Positions 37,373 through 47,838 are shown, counted from the first letter of the stretch. The stretch: 64,000 nt of DNA from an uncultured Poribacteria bacterium (GCA_951828515.1 OX639992.1:2146217-2210216); one strand, 5' to 3'. Program-made: numbers and translations. The notes: generated by a model not told the origin, from the sequence alone.

Positions 37373-38146
37373 CTAATTCGTTTGTGCAGACGCGGTGAGC
37401 GTTGCCCCCACGAACGTCACGGCACAAAACAAACCAGTAATCAGCATAGAAAGTGCCCAAGTCGGCCCCTCTCCAATTGCTTTCATGGTGGTGTCAAGAT
37501 AGAGGCTCTGCCGAAAAGCGGCGAGCCCATACGTTAACGGATTGAGTTTCATTGTCCATTCTAACCAACCGGGCACACCCGTACTCGGAAAAAACGCACC
37601 AGAGAGCAGCCATATCGGGATCAGCAGGAGATTCATAATTGCATGAAACCCTTGCGTTGAGTCCATCCGCCACGCGATGAGGAGTCCGAGATTTGTCAAG
37701 CCTAACGCCAGAAGTGTCATCACACCGAGCGTGGCAAAGAGCGACGCTGTACCGAATCGGATGCCAGTCATGGGTGCAAGTATTAGCAGTAACACCCCTT
37801 GTAAAAGTGCTAATGTCGTCCCGCCTAACGCCTGGGCAAGCACAATGTGCCACCTTGGCACAGGAGCGACGAGTACGCCCTGCAAGAAGCCCTCGCGCCG
37901 ATCATTCACGACAGAGATTGTAGCGAAAATGGACGTAAAAAGCAAGACTAAAACAACGATACCGGGATAAAAGTATTCAATATAACTGACCCCATCTGCT
38001 GTATCAGAGGGCTGAAAGGAAGCACTCAAACCGCTTCCGATGAGGAGCCAAAATACCAAAGGTTGTGCGATAGCACTGAAGAGTCGGCTCCGCTGGCGAT
38101 AAAATCTGATGACTTCGCGCCACCATATCGTTGCAATCGGTTTCAT
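37373..38146 (-). CDS. ABC-2 type transporter permease
   Basis: Six TM helices, DRREGFL...LVAPV, LSGAFFP, NPLTY. Confidence 0.88.
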   Translation of the reverse strand: MKPIATIWWREVIRFYRQRSRLFSAIAQPLVFWLLIGSGLSASFQPSDTADGVSYIEYFYPGIVVLVLLFTSIFATISVVNDRREGFLQGVLVAPVPRWHIVLAQALGGTTLALLQGVLLLILAPMTGIRFGTASLFATLGVMTLLALGLTNLGLLIAWRMDSTQGFHAIMNLLLIPIWLLSGAFFPSTGVPGWLEWTMKLNPLTYGLAAFRQSLYLDTTMKAIGEGPTWALSMLITGLFCAVTFVGATLTASAQTN

Positions 38147-38242
38147 TAGCAGTCAGCAGTCAGCAGTCAGCAATCAGTAAAGAGGTGTTCGGAGTTGAAG
38201 ATACCTCTTTCAAGTGATGGCTGATAGCCGATAGTCATTCCT

Positions 38243-39217
38243 CTATACGAATGGATTACCCGTCAATTTTATAAACACATCCTCCAGTGTCGGTTTCCCA
38301 AATCGAACCGATTGAATCTCATCTGGAAAGGTGGCAACTAAATCCCGGACGAACTCATGTCCCCGTTCACATTCAACACGGATCAGATTGTCAGCCAGCA
38401 CCGGTGAAACGCCAAACCTCTTCGTAATTTCGGTGCAGAAGACTTCGTTGTCTATGCACTCTATGAGGATGACATCGCCACTGACTTCCGCCTTGAGTTC
38501 ATTAGGCTCTCCAAGGGCGACCAATTTGCCTGCGTCCAGAATACCGACTCTATTGCACGCCTCGGCATCATCCAGTAGGTGCGTCGTGAGGAAGACGAGG
38601 ATATTTTCTGTATCCGCGAGTGCGCCAAGATAGTCATTGAGTTGTCGGCGTGCCGCCACATCCAACCCACTTGTCGGTTCGTCAAGGAGTAGAAGACGGG
38701 GAGAATGCAGCATGGCTTTCGCGATTTCAACCCGTCTTTGTAAACCACCGGATAAGAGTTCCACACGTTCCTTCGCCCTATCCAAGACGCCAAAACGTTC
38801 GAGGAGTTCCGAAATTCGATCGCGTAGGGTTTTGCCAGCAAGTCCATAGAGGTGTCCATGGTGCCGCAAATTCTCAAAAACGGTAAGTTTGCCATCCAGC
38901 CCTGGGTGTTGGAAAACAACTCCCAAGAGCTTCCGAACTGCCTTCACCTCGGTGGTTAAGTCGTGTCCGAGGACACGAACGGTACCGGACGTGACCGGCA
39001 TCAGCGTGGACAGGATTCTAAAAAGAGTCGTTTTTCCACTCCCGTTCGGTCCGAGGAGCCCAAAAACCTCACCGCATGAGACGCTAAAACTGACATTGTC
39101 AAGTGCGCGCCGTGTTTGATATACATGCGAAAGATTTTTTACCTCAATTTGGTCGTCGGTGTATTGGAAACCATCAGCCATCGGCTTTCGGCTATCAGCA
39201 AAGAAATCCTGTTGCAT
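38243..39217 (-). CDS. ABC transporter ATP-binding protein
   Basis: GPNGSGKT, LSGG, LLLLDEPT, PTLEDVF; start uncertain because the N-terminus overlaps a heptamer repeat. Confidence 0.92.
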   Translation of the reverse strand: MQQDFFADSRKPMADGFQYTDDQIEVKNLSHVYQTRRALDNVSFSVSCGEVFGLLGPNGSGKTTLFRILSTLMPVTSGTVRVLGHDLTTEVKAVRKLLGVVFQHPGLDGKLTVFENLRHHGHLYGLAGKTLRDRISELLERFGVLDRAKERVELLSGGLQRRVEIAKAMLHSPRLLLLDEPTSGLDVAARRQLNDYLGALADTENILVFLTTHLLDDAEACNRVGILDAGKLVALGEPNELKAEVSGDVILIECIDNEVFCTEITKRFGVSPVLADNLIRVECERGHEFVRDLVATFPDEIQSVRFGKPTLEDVFIKLTGNPFV

Positions 39218-39379
39218 TCAAAGATCGCGAGTACAACTCGCTCCTAATAAACATCGCGAGTACAACTCGCTCCTACAGCGGAGGTTTACGGAACTTATGC
39301 CACCTAAACCGGCATTTCAAGGTTGACAGAACACTACCACAAAATCCCCGACTGATAGCCGACTGCTAACTGCCGACTG

Positions 39380-40162
39380 CTATTTAAGTTTCAGCGTGAA
39401 ATTCTGTGTGGCAGTACCGCCAGCTTCCACGGTAACAGAGGCAGGAGCACCGCTGTTCGAGCCACACGCCTCATGCCAATAACCGAGTTTATAGGTGCCT
39501 GCGGGAACATCTTCAAGTGTGAATTCACCGTTTTCGTTCGTCACAGCAAAATACGGATGCGGCACGTAAGCCATCCAAGCGGACATCCATCCGTGAATGT
39601 CACATTTTACAGCCACGGGTCCTTCCGCCTTTTTTACACCCGCAAGCGGCATTTTCCTACGGTTTTTCGTCTGCTGTTTGTTAACTGGCTTGTTGATACT
39701 ACTGAAGATATGGACGTTGTGATTAACTTTATCGGTGTTGAGCATCGTCAACCGAGCACCGACTGGAACAATTTGGACATGCGGAGTGAACTTGCAGCCC
39801 TTCTGATCAATTTCCAGTTTGGTGGCTTTGTCGAAATCTTTGCCTTTTGAAACGTCGATGAGGTAGACAATGGTATTTTTTAAAGCGTTGCCTTCACCAA
39901 CGACAAGCGATTCATCATATTTTTCAGTAGCATCACAGATTGCCTGATCTTTTGTGATTTCAAGTTTTTTCATCTCAGGCGCGCTGCCTTCAAACGTTAC
40001 TATGCCGCTAATTGTGCCACCACCGCTAACGCTCCCAGCAGTATAGGAATCAGGAAATACCAACATTTCCACTTCGCCGGCATCACTATCAGCCGCAAAA
40101 GTGCCACTGACATAACAGCAAGTGAGAAGCAAGGCAAGTCCTGCTAACAAATAGGTTTTCAT
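39380..40162 (-). CDS. Secreted cupredoxin-like protein with carboxypeptidase-regulatory-like beta domain (paralog A)
   Basis: Signal peptide; DQKGC.F.PHV, HNVH ... CDIHGWM; HPYFAVT..G.F...VP.G.Y...WHE. Confidence 0.75.
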   Translation of the reverse strand: MKTYLLAGLALLLTCCYVSGTFAADSDAGEVEMLVFPDSYTAGSVSGGGTISGIVTFEGSAPEMKKLEITKDQAICDATEKYDESLVVGEGNALKNTIVYLIDVSKGKDFDKATKLEIDQKGCKFTPHVQIVPVGARLTMLNTDKVNHNVHIFSSINKPVNKQQTKNRRKMPLAGVKKAEGPVAVKCDIHGWMSAWMAYVPHPYFAVTNENGEFTLEDVPAGTYKLGYWHEACGSNSGAPASVTVEAGGTATQNFTLKLK

Positions 40163-40400
40163 TTTTTCTCCTTTTTAATAGTTATCAGTTATCGGTTTTA
40201 ACCATCAACTCGTGCTTTAACATTTATAACAGAGGCGAGTTGATGGTTAAAGTTTTCAGTTAAAGCACTTTTTGATTCATCTACTGAACGTTGATAGCTG
40301 AAGGTTCATTATTAATTATCAGTTATTGGTTATCAGTTTTCAGTTAAAATCCCTTTTGATGCGTCTCAGGTATCTCTTGAACTGAAGACCAACAATTTTC

Positions 40401-42110
40401 TTATGCATTTCTCCGCTGTACGACTGCCCGTAAACCGAAGAGCAGACCGAGAGAGAGAATTGCGATCAAAGGTGGATAAACGAACCGTCTTGAAGACGGA
40501 ACGGGTTCAAGTACAAAAGTATACCAACTGGACATGACCCGTTTTGTGTCAACATCGCCGTTCGCGCCATCCCATGCAGAGAAAGCGATAGGCACAAAGA
40601 CACCGGGTTCGAGTTGTAAGTCCTTCTTGTCCTCGGTCTTCAAGGCACGTTTCACCCACAATTTGTATTGTCCATCTGTGTAAACACTCTGTGTCTGCAA
40701 TTCGCCTTGCGCTTCCTGAACTTCGGCATTGCTGACCCCTTTAGCGGTGACCTCAGTTACCTGCTCAGGCGCGGAGGCTTTCCAATGCCACAGATAGACG
40801 GGGAGTCTACCCCCCCATAAGAAGTAAGGCTTCGGTGCGGTGGGACCTTGCGGCACCTTCACCGGAAATTGAATCGCCAATGCATCCTCAAGCGGTTGCC
40901 CCGTTGTCTCATCGGTTTCGTCACCAGTCGTGTGCGTCCGATCATCCCACGTGAAGAGGAACGCTACCTCCGTGTCGTTATAAAACGATTTGACGTTCAC
41001 GGAATCAATTGTCGGGTTAAACTGTCGAGGTTCGATGACTATCTGTCCAACAAGCGGGAAATGCTTAGATTGTAGCGTTTCCCACGCCGCATCATCCATT
41101 GATGGTAACCCACCTTGAAGGTATTGCGAACGGAGGACGTTGTTCCCAATTGCGGATTCGGGACGTTTTTCAGGCGCGAGGGATTTAACATAGTTCGCCA
41201 GATGCCAACTCTTTTCATAGACGACTTTCATCGCGTCATCATACGTTTGTTGTTCAGTTGCGGTCAACTCTATACCTTCCACCCGATTGAGCGCGAGGTC
41301 AACAGCGGCATCCATTTTCTCGTAAAACTTCTCGGATTCCGCTTCCTCTGCCTCCGTCATCTCGTCTTTGTTCTCCAATTCGCTGAGGCGTTTGGATTCC
41401 GCTACTGTTAATCCGAAATGCAAGAAACTATCGCCTTCAAATGCGGGCATAGGTGATCCCGCAATACCGCCGATAAACCGTTTGAAGATGGCTTCAGTGT
41501 CACCACCACCGCGGAAAGTCCAACTTTGGGTGAGATTCGCGGGCCATGTCTGGAAGCCCCATTCATCCGTTAGCGTAGGCGCAGACGTCCCGTCACCTCG
41601 TCCAACGTTACCGTGGCATTCGACACAACCGAGTTCAACATAAAGCCCCTTTCCGGTTTCCACGCTCTGCTCAGAGTAAGAGATTTTACCTTCCAAGTTA
41701 ATTTGCCGTGGCGGTGTTTCACTCTCTTTAAACCCATCGTAGAAGGTCTTAATATATGCCACCACTTCCCAGCGATCATCGGTACTCAGGGAAGTTTCCC
41801 ACCCCGGCATTGACGATCCGGGCATCCCGATGGTAATAATGTCAAAGAGATCCTGGTCCATTGGGAGTTGACCACTCTCTGTAGAACGAATCTTATACAA
41901 GCCGCGTGTGAAATCCCGCGGTTTCGGAAGGAGATTCTCAGCGGCGGAACCGTCGCCTCTCCCTTCAGTCCCATGGCAGTGTGCGCAACTCTGCTCATAC
42001 ACCTCTTTCCCTTTCTCAGAAGCCTCTGGAGCGTTCTGTGCGTGCGCTAACATCACAGTATATAGCAGTCCCAAAACCAACATCAGGAGAGTTACATTTC
42101 TGGTTCTCAT
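40401..42110 (-). CDS. Diheme cytochrome c with an EBDH/DMSO-reductase gamma-like (DOMON heme b) domain and C-terminal TM anchor
   Basis: CAHCH, CVECH, PRDFT.G.YK.RST; F.F.W.D.T ... DALAIQFP ... W.WKA ... AFSAWDG....K. Confidence 0.8.
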   Translation of the reverse strand: MRTRNVTLLMLVLGLLYTVMLAHAQNAPEASEKGKEVYEQSCAHCHGTEGRGDGSAAENLLPKPRDFTRGLYKIRSTESGQLPMDQDLFDIITIGMPGSSMPGWETSLSTDDRWEVVAYIKTFYDGFKESETPPRQINLEGKISYSEQSVETGKGLYVELGCVECHGNVGRGDGTSAPTLTDEWGFQTWPANLTQSWTFRGGGDTEAIFKRFIGGIAGSPMPAFEGDSFLHFGLTVAESKRLSELENKDEMTEAEEAESEKFYEKMDAAVDLALNRVEGIELTATEQQTYDDAMKVVYEKSWHLANYVKSLAPEKRPESAIGNNVLRSQYLQGGLPSMDDAAWETLQSKHFPLVGQIVIEPRQFNPTIDSVNVKSFYNDTEVAFLFTWDDRTHTTGDETDETTGQPLEDALAIQFPVKVPQGPTAPKPYFLWGGRLPVYLWHWKASAPEQVTEVTAKGVSNAEVQEAQGELQTQSVYTDGQYKLWVKRALKTEDKKDLQLEPGVFVPIAFSAWDGANGDVDTKRVMSSWYTFVLEPVPSSRRFVYPPLIAILSLGLLFGLRAVVQRRNA

Positions 42111-42112
42111 TT

Positions 42113-42889
42113 TTAGTGTGCCTCCCCAAAGGTTCGGAACTGATAACCGGTGTAGTCAGATAGGAAGAGGATTACGTCCCAAATTTCGTCTTCTGTCAAG
42201 TGGTTTTCCCAGATAGGCATCGCTGAATCCCAAGGTGTGCCAGCTGCAGGTAACCCCGGTCCGCCTTTGGCTATTCGCCAAAAAAAGAAACCTTCTTGGA
42301 AGTTCGGGATAATCCCTGGATCTTGGAAATTAGCGGGTAGCGGTTGGAGGTGAGACGCAAAGTGTCCCTGCCCATCAAGGTGATCCCCATGGCAGTAAAA
42401 GCAGTTGTTATAATAAACACGCCTGCCGTTCTCAACATGCGCTTTGAACGCATCTGGATCGTCCTTTTCATAATGCCGGAAAGGGTTCACGACATCTTGC
42501 ATCGTGCCAATAACCTCATCTTTGTAGGTTAATTCAAGCGGAGGCGATGGATGAGCATCACGTGGACTCCCCGGTGGATTCGCGCGCTGGGCGATAATCG
42601 AATAGGTATAACCGAGCAGGAACAACGGGATTAACACCGCGACAACACGGCGGCGGACACGGCGATTGTTATCGGTGAGGGTTTCATGAATAGGGCGCAG
42701 AAATTCGCGAAATAGTGAATCCTCAACGGAGATATGCACCAAGATAGCAATTATAATCAACCCCATATACATCGCAATCACGCTGCCTGGTATCGGTACT
42801 GAGACGATACCGCCAACGGCAAACCGTAGTACAGCCCAAGAACCAATCAGAATTATGAGACATATTGTGAAGAGTGACAGTCTTTTCAT
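42113..42889 (-). CDS. Membrane-anchored monoheme cytochrome c
   Basis: Three N-terminal TM helices; CFYCH; FWRIAKGGPGLP...PWDSAMP. Confidence 0.85.
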   Translation of the reverse strand: MKRLSLFTICLIILIGSWAVLRFAVGGIVSVPIPGSVIAMYMGLIIIAILVHISVEDSLFREFLRPIHETLTDNNRRVRRRVVAVLIPLFLLGYTYSIIAQRANPPGSPRDAHPSPPLELTYKDEVIGTMQDVVNPFRHYEKDDPDAFKAHVENGRRVYYNNCFYCHGDHLDGQGHFASHLQPLPANFQDPGIIPNFQEGFFFWRIAKGGPGLPAAGTPWDSAMPIWENHLTEDEIWDVILFLSDYTGYQFRTFGEAH

Positions 42890-42890
42890 C

Positions 42891-43334
42891 TTTTAATATT
42901 ACCTTGCGGTTCGGTTAGGCAGGTTTCATGAATAAAGTGCCTTTACGTATATCCGTCCTCCATTACATTACGGACTATGGCTTAGAGGGTTATCGGTTGT
43001 CAGGCACCGGTTTTTTATTCCGCCGGAATTGCCTCCGCTTTTAATATTACCTTGCGGTTCGGTTAGGCAGGTTTCATGAATAAAGTGCCTTTACGTATAT
43101 CCGTCCTCCATTACATTACGGACTATGGTTTAGAGGGTTATCGGTTGTCAGGCACCGGTTTTTTATTCCGCCGGAATTGCCTCCGCTTTTAATATTACCT
43201 TGCGGTTCGGTTAGGCAGGTTTCATGAATAAAGTGCCTTTACGTATATCCGTCCTCCATTACATTACGGACTATGGTTTAGAGGGTTATCGGTTGTCAGG
43301 CACCGGTTTTTTATTCCGCCGGAATTGCCTCCGC
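42891..43334. repeat. Direct tandem triplication, 3 x 148 bp
   Basis: Units start at 42891, 43039 and 43187; one C/T difference noticed in copy 1; each unit contains the gene 3' end TTATTCCGCCGGAATTGCCTCCGC. Confidence 0.95.
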
Positions 43335-44822
43335 TGCCCCTTCAGAAACTGCTTCCGCTGTTGCCCCCGTAAGCGTGCTTAAGAAAGAGAGCAAATTGCT
43401 CATATCCGACACTGATAACAGTAGCGGGAAGTTTTCGGGCATCGGCGATGTAACGAATAATTTTTTGCCAGAGGCACGGGTAAAGGTGGCTTCCTCAAGA
43501 TCAAAAAAGGGATCAAATACCTCTTCACTCCCATCAACCATTAAGACAATCTCGTCGTCCATCGTGCCTGAAACGTAGTCGCCAACAATTTCATCGCCAT
43601 CAAAAGTGAGAACAGTCATCTGGCTTTTTACATCTGTCTTAGAAAATGTCCGATCTTCGCCGCCGACTTTTAGCGTTACAGTGTCTTCGGTTTCGGAAAC
43701 AATTTCACCGCTCACCGGAGCATCCGCATCCGCAGGCGTTAGCGTCAATGTGAAATAACCCCTCACTTGTAGATTCGTGAGATCCTCAATCGGCTCGTCA
43801 TCAAGTTCGCTCAATAAGAGGGTATGCTCCTCTTCCACGCCATCTGCCGTTTTGGTTCGGACGACAATCTGTTCTGTATCCTGCGAGACAAGCGTTCCCT
43901 GCAAGGTCGTTCCATTGGCACGGACGGTAACGGCACCATAACCGCTTACAATCTGCGCACTCGGTTTCAGGACCGATTCCTCAAGATACCGCATATCGTT
44001 AAAAGCAGCAATTTCAGAGAGGTCTGGTGCAGTGACGACTTCAAAATCTGTACTCGCCTCACCCGTAGCTGGACTTTCTATACCTATCACAGCGTGGCAC
44101 GAGATACACGCCGCAGTCACAAACACCTTTTTGCCGAGTTCTGGATCACCCGTAAGCACGGGTGGGAGTGCCGCTGCCATTGTCCCTGCATCTGCCCGAT
44201 CTATCGGTTCATTAAAGGGTGTCGGATCGATTTCCCCCCCTTGGCTCTGCAGATAGGCAATAACGGCTTCAATTTCCAGTTTTGAGAGAGCAATGGGAGC
44301 CTTCCAAATTTCTGGCATAATCTTGCCGTATCCGGGCACAAGATACTTAGCCGGCTCGTAGAGCGATTCGATGAGATAGGTTTTCGCGTCCGTGCCGGGT
44401 ACGCGACTTGCGGCGTTAATGCCAATGTCCGTGAGATCAGGACATCTCCCTTTCGGTGCAGAGGTATCGACGGTATGGCACGCGCTACACTGCCCTTTTC
44501 CGTTAAACACCAAGGCTCCCTGCTCAGCGACAGCGTCTGGATCGCTCCAATCCAGCTCAGTCAGATTCACCGCTGTGGAACTTTCTGGGACAAGCCCCGC
44601 GACAAAGGCGTAAAACCATATCACGGCAAGCGAAAACGTCAACAACTTCATGACGTTCGACCACAAAACGATATTTACGATTACCGAGATGAGAAACCAG
44701 ACCGACCACGGTAGCAAGTTCTCCGAAGCAATCGGAAACGCGGACGCCCCTGCAATATAGGCGATGAAACTTACCACCATTAAGATGAGACTCGCAATTT
44801 TAATGAGCGTATTTCTTGACAT
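43311..44822 (-). CDS. Membrane-anchored diheme cytochrome c with acidic beta-rich C-terminal region
   Basis: N-terminal TM helices; CSACH and CISCH; Y..ES...P...V.GY motif in both heme domains. Confidence 0.85.
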   Translation of the reverse strand: MSRNTLIKIASLILMVVSFIAYIAGASAFPIASENLLPWSVWFLISVIVNIVLWSNVMKLLTFSLAVIWFYAFVAGLVPESSTAVNLTELDWSDPDAVAEQGALVFNGKGQCSACHTVDTSAPKGRCPDLTDIGINAASRVPGTDAKTYLIESLYEPAKYLVPGYGKIMPEIWKAPIALSKLEIEAVIAYLQSQGGEIDPTPFNEPIDRADAGTMAAALPPVLTGDPELGKKVFVTAACISCHAVIGIESPATGEASTDFEVVTAPDLSEIAAFNDMRYLEESVLKPSAQIVSGYGAVTVRANGTTLQGTLVSQDTEQIVVRTKTADGVEEEHTLLLSELDDEPIEDLTNLQVRGYFTLTLTPADADAPVSGEIVSETEDTVTLKVGGEDRTFSKTDVKSQMTVLTFDGDEIVGDYVSGTMDDEIVLMVDGSEEVFDPFFDLEEATFTRASGKKLFVTSPMPENFPLLLSVSDMSNLLSFLSTLTGATAEAVSEGAAEAIPAE

Positions 44823-44939
44823 ATTTTTAACTATTAAGTTTTCGCTCCGCTCTCCATTTCATTCCGAGCGGGTTTTGATTAAATAAATTGGGGTTAAGTG
44901 CCAATTTTGGTTCAGACGCGGCTGTATCCTTAACCGGGG

Positions 44940-45160
44940 TTACCAACCTTTTCCGTCAGCAATTCTTCCCGCAAAAGTTCCTAACGCCGTCGCCCACGGT
45001 GTTACCAGGCTTCCTGCAGTGACTGCCCCAGCAATACACCCAAGGCATGCGCCACTTAACGCGACCCGATTCCTTGTCCGTTTATAGCGAACCACATAAA
45101 AGTCAATATATTCAGGCGATTTGCCCAAAAACCGTGTCGGTCGTGGCGAAAGTTCCGTTC
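44940..45160 (-). pseudogene. Possible gene fragment (C-terminal remnant without its own start)
   Basis: Protein-like tail FLGKSPEYIDFY...GACLGCIAG...; no ATG or RBS after the upstream stop. Confidence 0.35.
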
Positions 45161-45171
45161 TTAGCCTTCTA

Positions 45172-47067
45172 TTAGTCATCACCCTCAACAGTAGCCGCTG
45201 CTTCGGCGGTAGTTGTTGCTTCTTGCTTCTTCTTTTCGCCCCACAAACCGAGCCAGAAAATAAACCCAACGAGTGCGAAGAAGATCACCATGATAATTGC
45301 TACCATGTTCACTGCCTCGCTGAGAAGCGGTGTAAAGGCATCAGCAGATGTATCCTGCATGACTCCGAAGATATGCCACGCCTCTCGAAGCCCTGAGCGT
45401 GCGTATCCCATCAGTCCCATTAGGGACGTAAACGTAATCGCCACGAGAATTAACACATACTGTGAGCGATCCGTCATTTCGCCCCATTTAATGGTGCCAG
45501 ACGTTGTCGCCTTGCGGTACATGAAAATATCAACGATTGTTACGACTGCCATCACCGCGAGTGCAATCAGGACCTGATAAGGCGTAAGGATATTGACACG
45601 TAAATCTGTCGGGACAGTAAATCCGACGATACCGATAACGACAATCGAGACCGTGGCAAGGAAGAAGGCTGCAGAAATGCCAATGTTGCCAATCTTTTTC
45701 CAATTCGCCGTAGGCACTTTACCCGAACGCCGATAAAATAGGAAACTCAAGAAGGTCGTGAGAATAATGATATTAACAGCCGTATTTTTGGCAGTCATCA
45801 AGCCGAACAAACCGAGGTGTGGGTGGTTTGCGCCGCCCATCGCGCTCAGTTCGCTGGCACTCGAAATCTTAGAGAGCGTCCGCGGGGTCATCCAGATTGC
45901 AACACAGATGATAATAACTGTAATCATATATGGACGGTAGCGCGCATAAATCTCCGCACCTTCAATCCGTCCCATGCCTGACCAGAGGTAGTAGTTTGCC
46001 CCAATAAAGAGCACACCAATCATCACTGCCTGAATGATAAATAGCCAAGAGAACAGGCTCCCCATCATGTTAATGCCCATCGTGTTATTGAACATGTAGA
46101 TTTCTCTACCGAGCCAATAGCCGAGGAAAGGCAGGGGTATCAATCCGCAGAGAGCGATGAAGTTGCCGGTATAGCCCATCCAATCGTAGTGCGCTTTGTC
46201 CTCTTTCGTCTTCGCGACGAGGAATCGGAACGCCGCATAAGCAGCTACAATGGAACCACCAAAGGCAATATTACCGACGAGTCGATGGATATTGACAGGC
46301 ATCCAAGTAAAGTTGTTGACGGCATCCCAAACGGTTCCCATGAACTCGCCTGTTGTCTCGTTGTGGAGCGGCACCGTCGTATGGCTTGTGACACCCTCCA
46401 TAGCGGTTTCAGGTGTAAGTGCTGGATCTGCAGCCAATTTCTCCTCTATCCAAGACTTACGTCTTCCCTCAGAGAGTACGCCGTATTGGGTTGCGGGACT
46501 GGTTTGGTAACTCAACCACGCGTTAGAAACGAACATAATCGCAGTGCCGAACACATTCAGAAGCACGCCGAGGAAGAGATGCCATCCTTTATGGCGTCCC
46601 TGCATCTTGTCCCATCCGTAGGAGTAAAGGTAAAGCGTAAAGGTCTCACCGAAGAATAGGATGACGTAAAAAATCATCGTCGGTCCAAATATCCCGCTGA
46701 GCTTTGTCATAACTTTGGGATAGCACCAGATGAGGACGAAGACGAGAACACCACCGAGTAAGGCTGTCGTCGAAAACGCGCCCATACAGAGTTTAATGAA
46801 CTCTTGCGCCATCCGATCGTATCGCATGTCCTTCGTTTTCCAGCCGATAAATTCGATGATAACAGCGAACATCGGGACACCGAGAATAAAAGATCCGAAC
46901 AACAGGTGGAGTTGGGCAGCGATCCACGCTGCATTTCGACTGCCGATCTTCGGGAAAGCGCGATATTCTGCCTCGGTCACGTCCTGTGCAAACACCGGTG
47001 CAACAGCTAATACCACATAAGCGAAGAGTACACAACCAAGTATAAGATAGAGTCTCTTTTTCGACAT
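45172..47067 (-). CDS. Cytochrome bd oxidase subunit I-like (CydA homologue, 'bd-like'/OR-N type)
   Basis: Many TM helices; QLHLLF (heme His), FFGET, NIHR (heme His), MGYARSGLR..W.I.G replacing E.GRQPW; no cydB nearby. Confidence 0.8.
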   Translation of the reverse strand: MSKKRLYLILGCVLFAYVVLAVAPVFAQDVTEAEYRAFPKIGSRNAAWIAAQLHLLFGSFILGVPMFAVIIEFIGWKTKDMRYDRMAQEFIKLCMGAFSTTALLGGVLVFVLIWCYPKVMTKLSGIFGPTMIFYVILFFGETFTLYLYSYGWDKMQGRHKGWHLFLGVLLNVFGTAIMFVSNAWLSYQTSPATQYGVLSEGRRKSWIEEKLAADPALTPETAMEGVTSHTTVPLHNETTGEFMGTVWDAVNNFTWMPVNIHRLVGNIAFGGSIVAAYAAFRFLVAKTKEDKAHYDWMGYTGNFIALCGLIPLPFLGYWLGREIYMFNNTMGINMMGSLFSWLFIIQAVMIGVLFIGANYYLWSGMGRIEGAEIYARYRPYMITVIIICVAIWMTPRTLSKISSASELSAMGGANHPHLGLFGLMTAKNTAVNIIILTTFLSFLFYRRSGKVPTANWKKIGNIGISAAFFLATVSIVVIGIVGFTVPTDLRVNILTPYQVLIALAVMAVVTIVDIFMYRKATTSGTIKWGEMTDRSQYVLILVAITFTSLMGLMGYARSGLREAWHIFGVMQDTSADAFTPLLSEAVNMVAIIMVIFFALVGFIFWLGLWGEKKKQEATTTAEAAATVEGDD

Positions 47068-47088
47068 TTTTTATGGCTTTCGCGTTAT

Positions 47089-47838
47089 TTATTTTGTGCG
47101 TTTCTTGAAGTCAGCACTTGTGAAGTTTACGGCGATATCGCCACTCGCTGTCACTTCAACGGTTTTGTTTGCTGAACCGAGTTCTTCATGCCATGCGACG
47201 ACACGGACTTTACCGGCTGGCACATCAGCGATCGAATAAGCACCGGCATCAGCGGATTTCTCATAGTCATCCGAACTGATCCATGCACCATCAGCATTTT
47301 TGTAACCCGTAACCGTGAAAAAGTTGTTAGGAACAGCGACAATGTAACCGGTCATCCATGCGTGGATATCGCATGTGAACTTAATTTCCTCAGCTTTGGC
47401 AATTTTGTGCGGGATGATTTTGCCAGGCTGTGGAATCTGATAGTTTATCGCGTCGTTCTTTTTCGCGTGAGAGTGGACGTTGTGTGCGACTGGATCACTG
47501 GAGGTAATATCAATAGTAGAGCCAGCAACAACTGCGAGAACGTGCGGGTAGTAAGCGCATGCCTTCTGGTCCATCACTGGGTTCTTATCCGGAACGACAG
47601 GTTTTGCGCCACGGACGCGAGCGTAAACAACGACGTTTTTAATACCCTTGCCCTTTGAGACAACAAGCGCATCGGACTTTGTGCCTGCTACAGCGTCAAC
47701 GCAATGTTGATCTTTAGTAGCCGTTAAGGCAGGGCGCGCGGGGGCATCGCCTTCATACATTACGGTGCCGGTGATGGTCCCTGCGAACGCAGCACTTGCA
47801 AGCATCGTGCCAACAAGCAGGGAGACGAAAATTTTCAT
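47089..47838 (-). CDS. Secreted cupredoxin-like protein (paralog B)
   Basis: Signal peptide; DQKAC.Y.PHV, HNVH ... CDIHAWM, WHEELG. Confidence 0.75.
   Translation of the reverse strand: MKIFVSLLVGTMLASAAFAGTITGTVMYEGDAPARPALTATKDQHCVDAVAGTKSDALVVSKGKGIKNVVVYARVRGAKPVVPDKNPVMDQKACAYYPHVLAVVAGSTIDITSSDPVAHNVHSHAKKNDAINYQIPQPGKIIPHKIAKAEEIKFTCDIHAWMTGYIVAVPNNFFTVTGYKNADGAWISSDDYEKSADAGAYSIADVPAGKVRVVAWHEELGSANKTVEVTASGDIAVNFTSADFKKRTK

Noticed and set aside
42891..43334. CRISPR-like or ncRNA array
   Set aside because: Whole 148 bp units are duplicated, including a gene end; there is no repeat-spacer alternation
40401..47067. Nitrite oxidoreductase (NXR) operon
   Set aside because: A gamma-like heme domain is present but no molybdopterin alpha or Fe-S beta subunit is in the window
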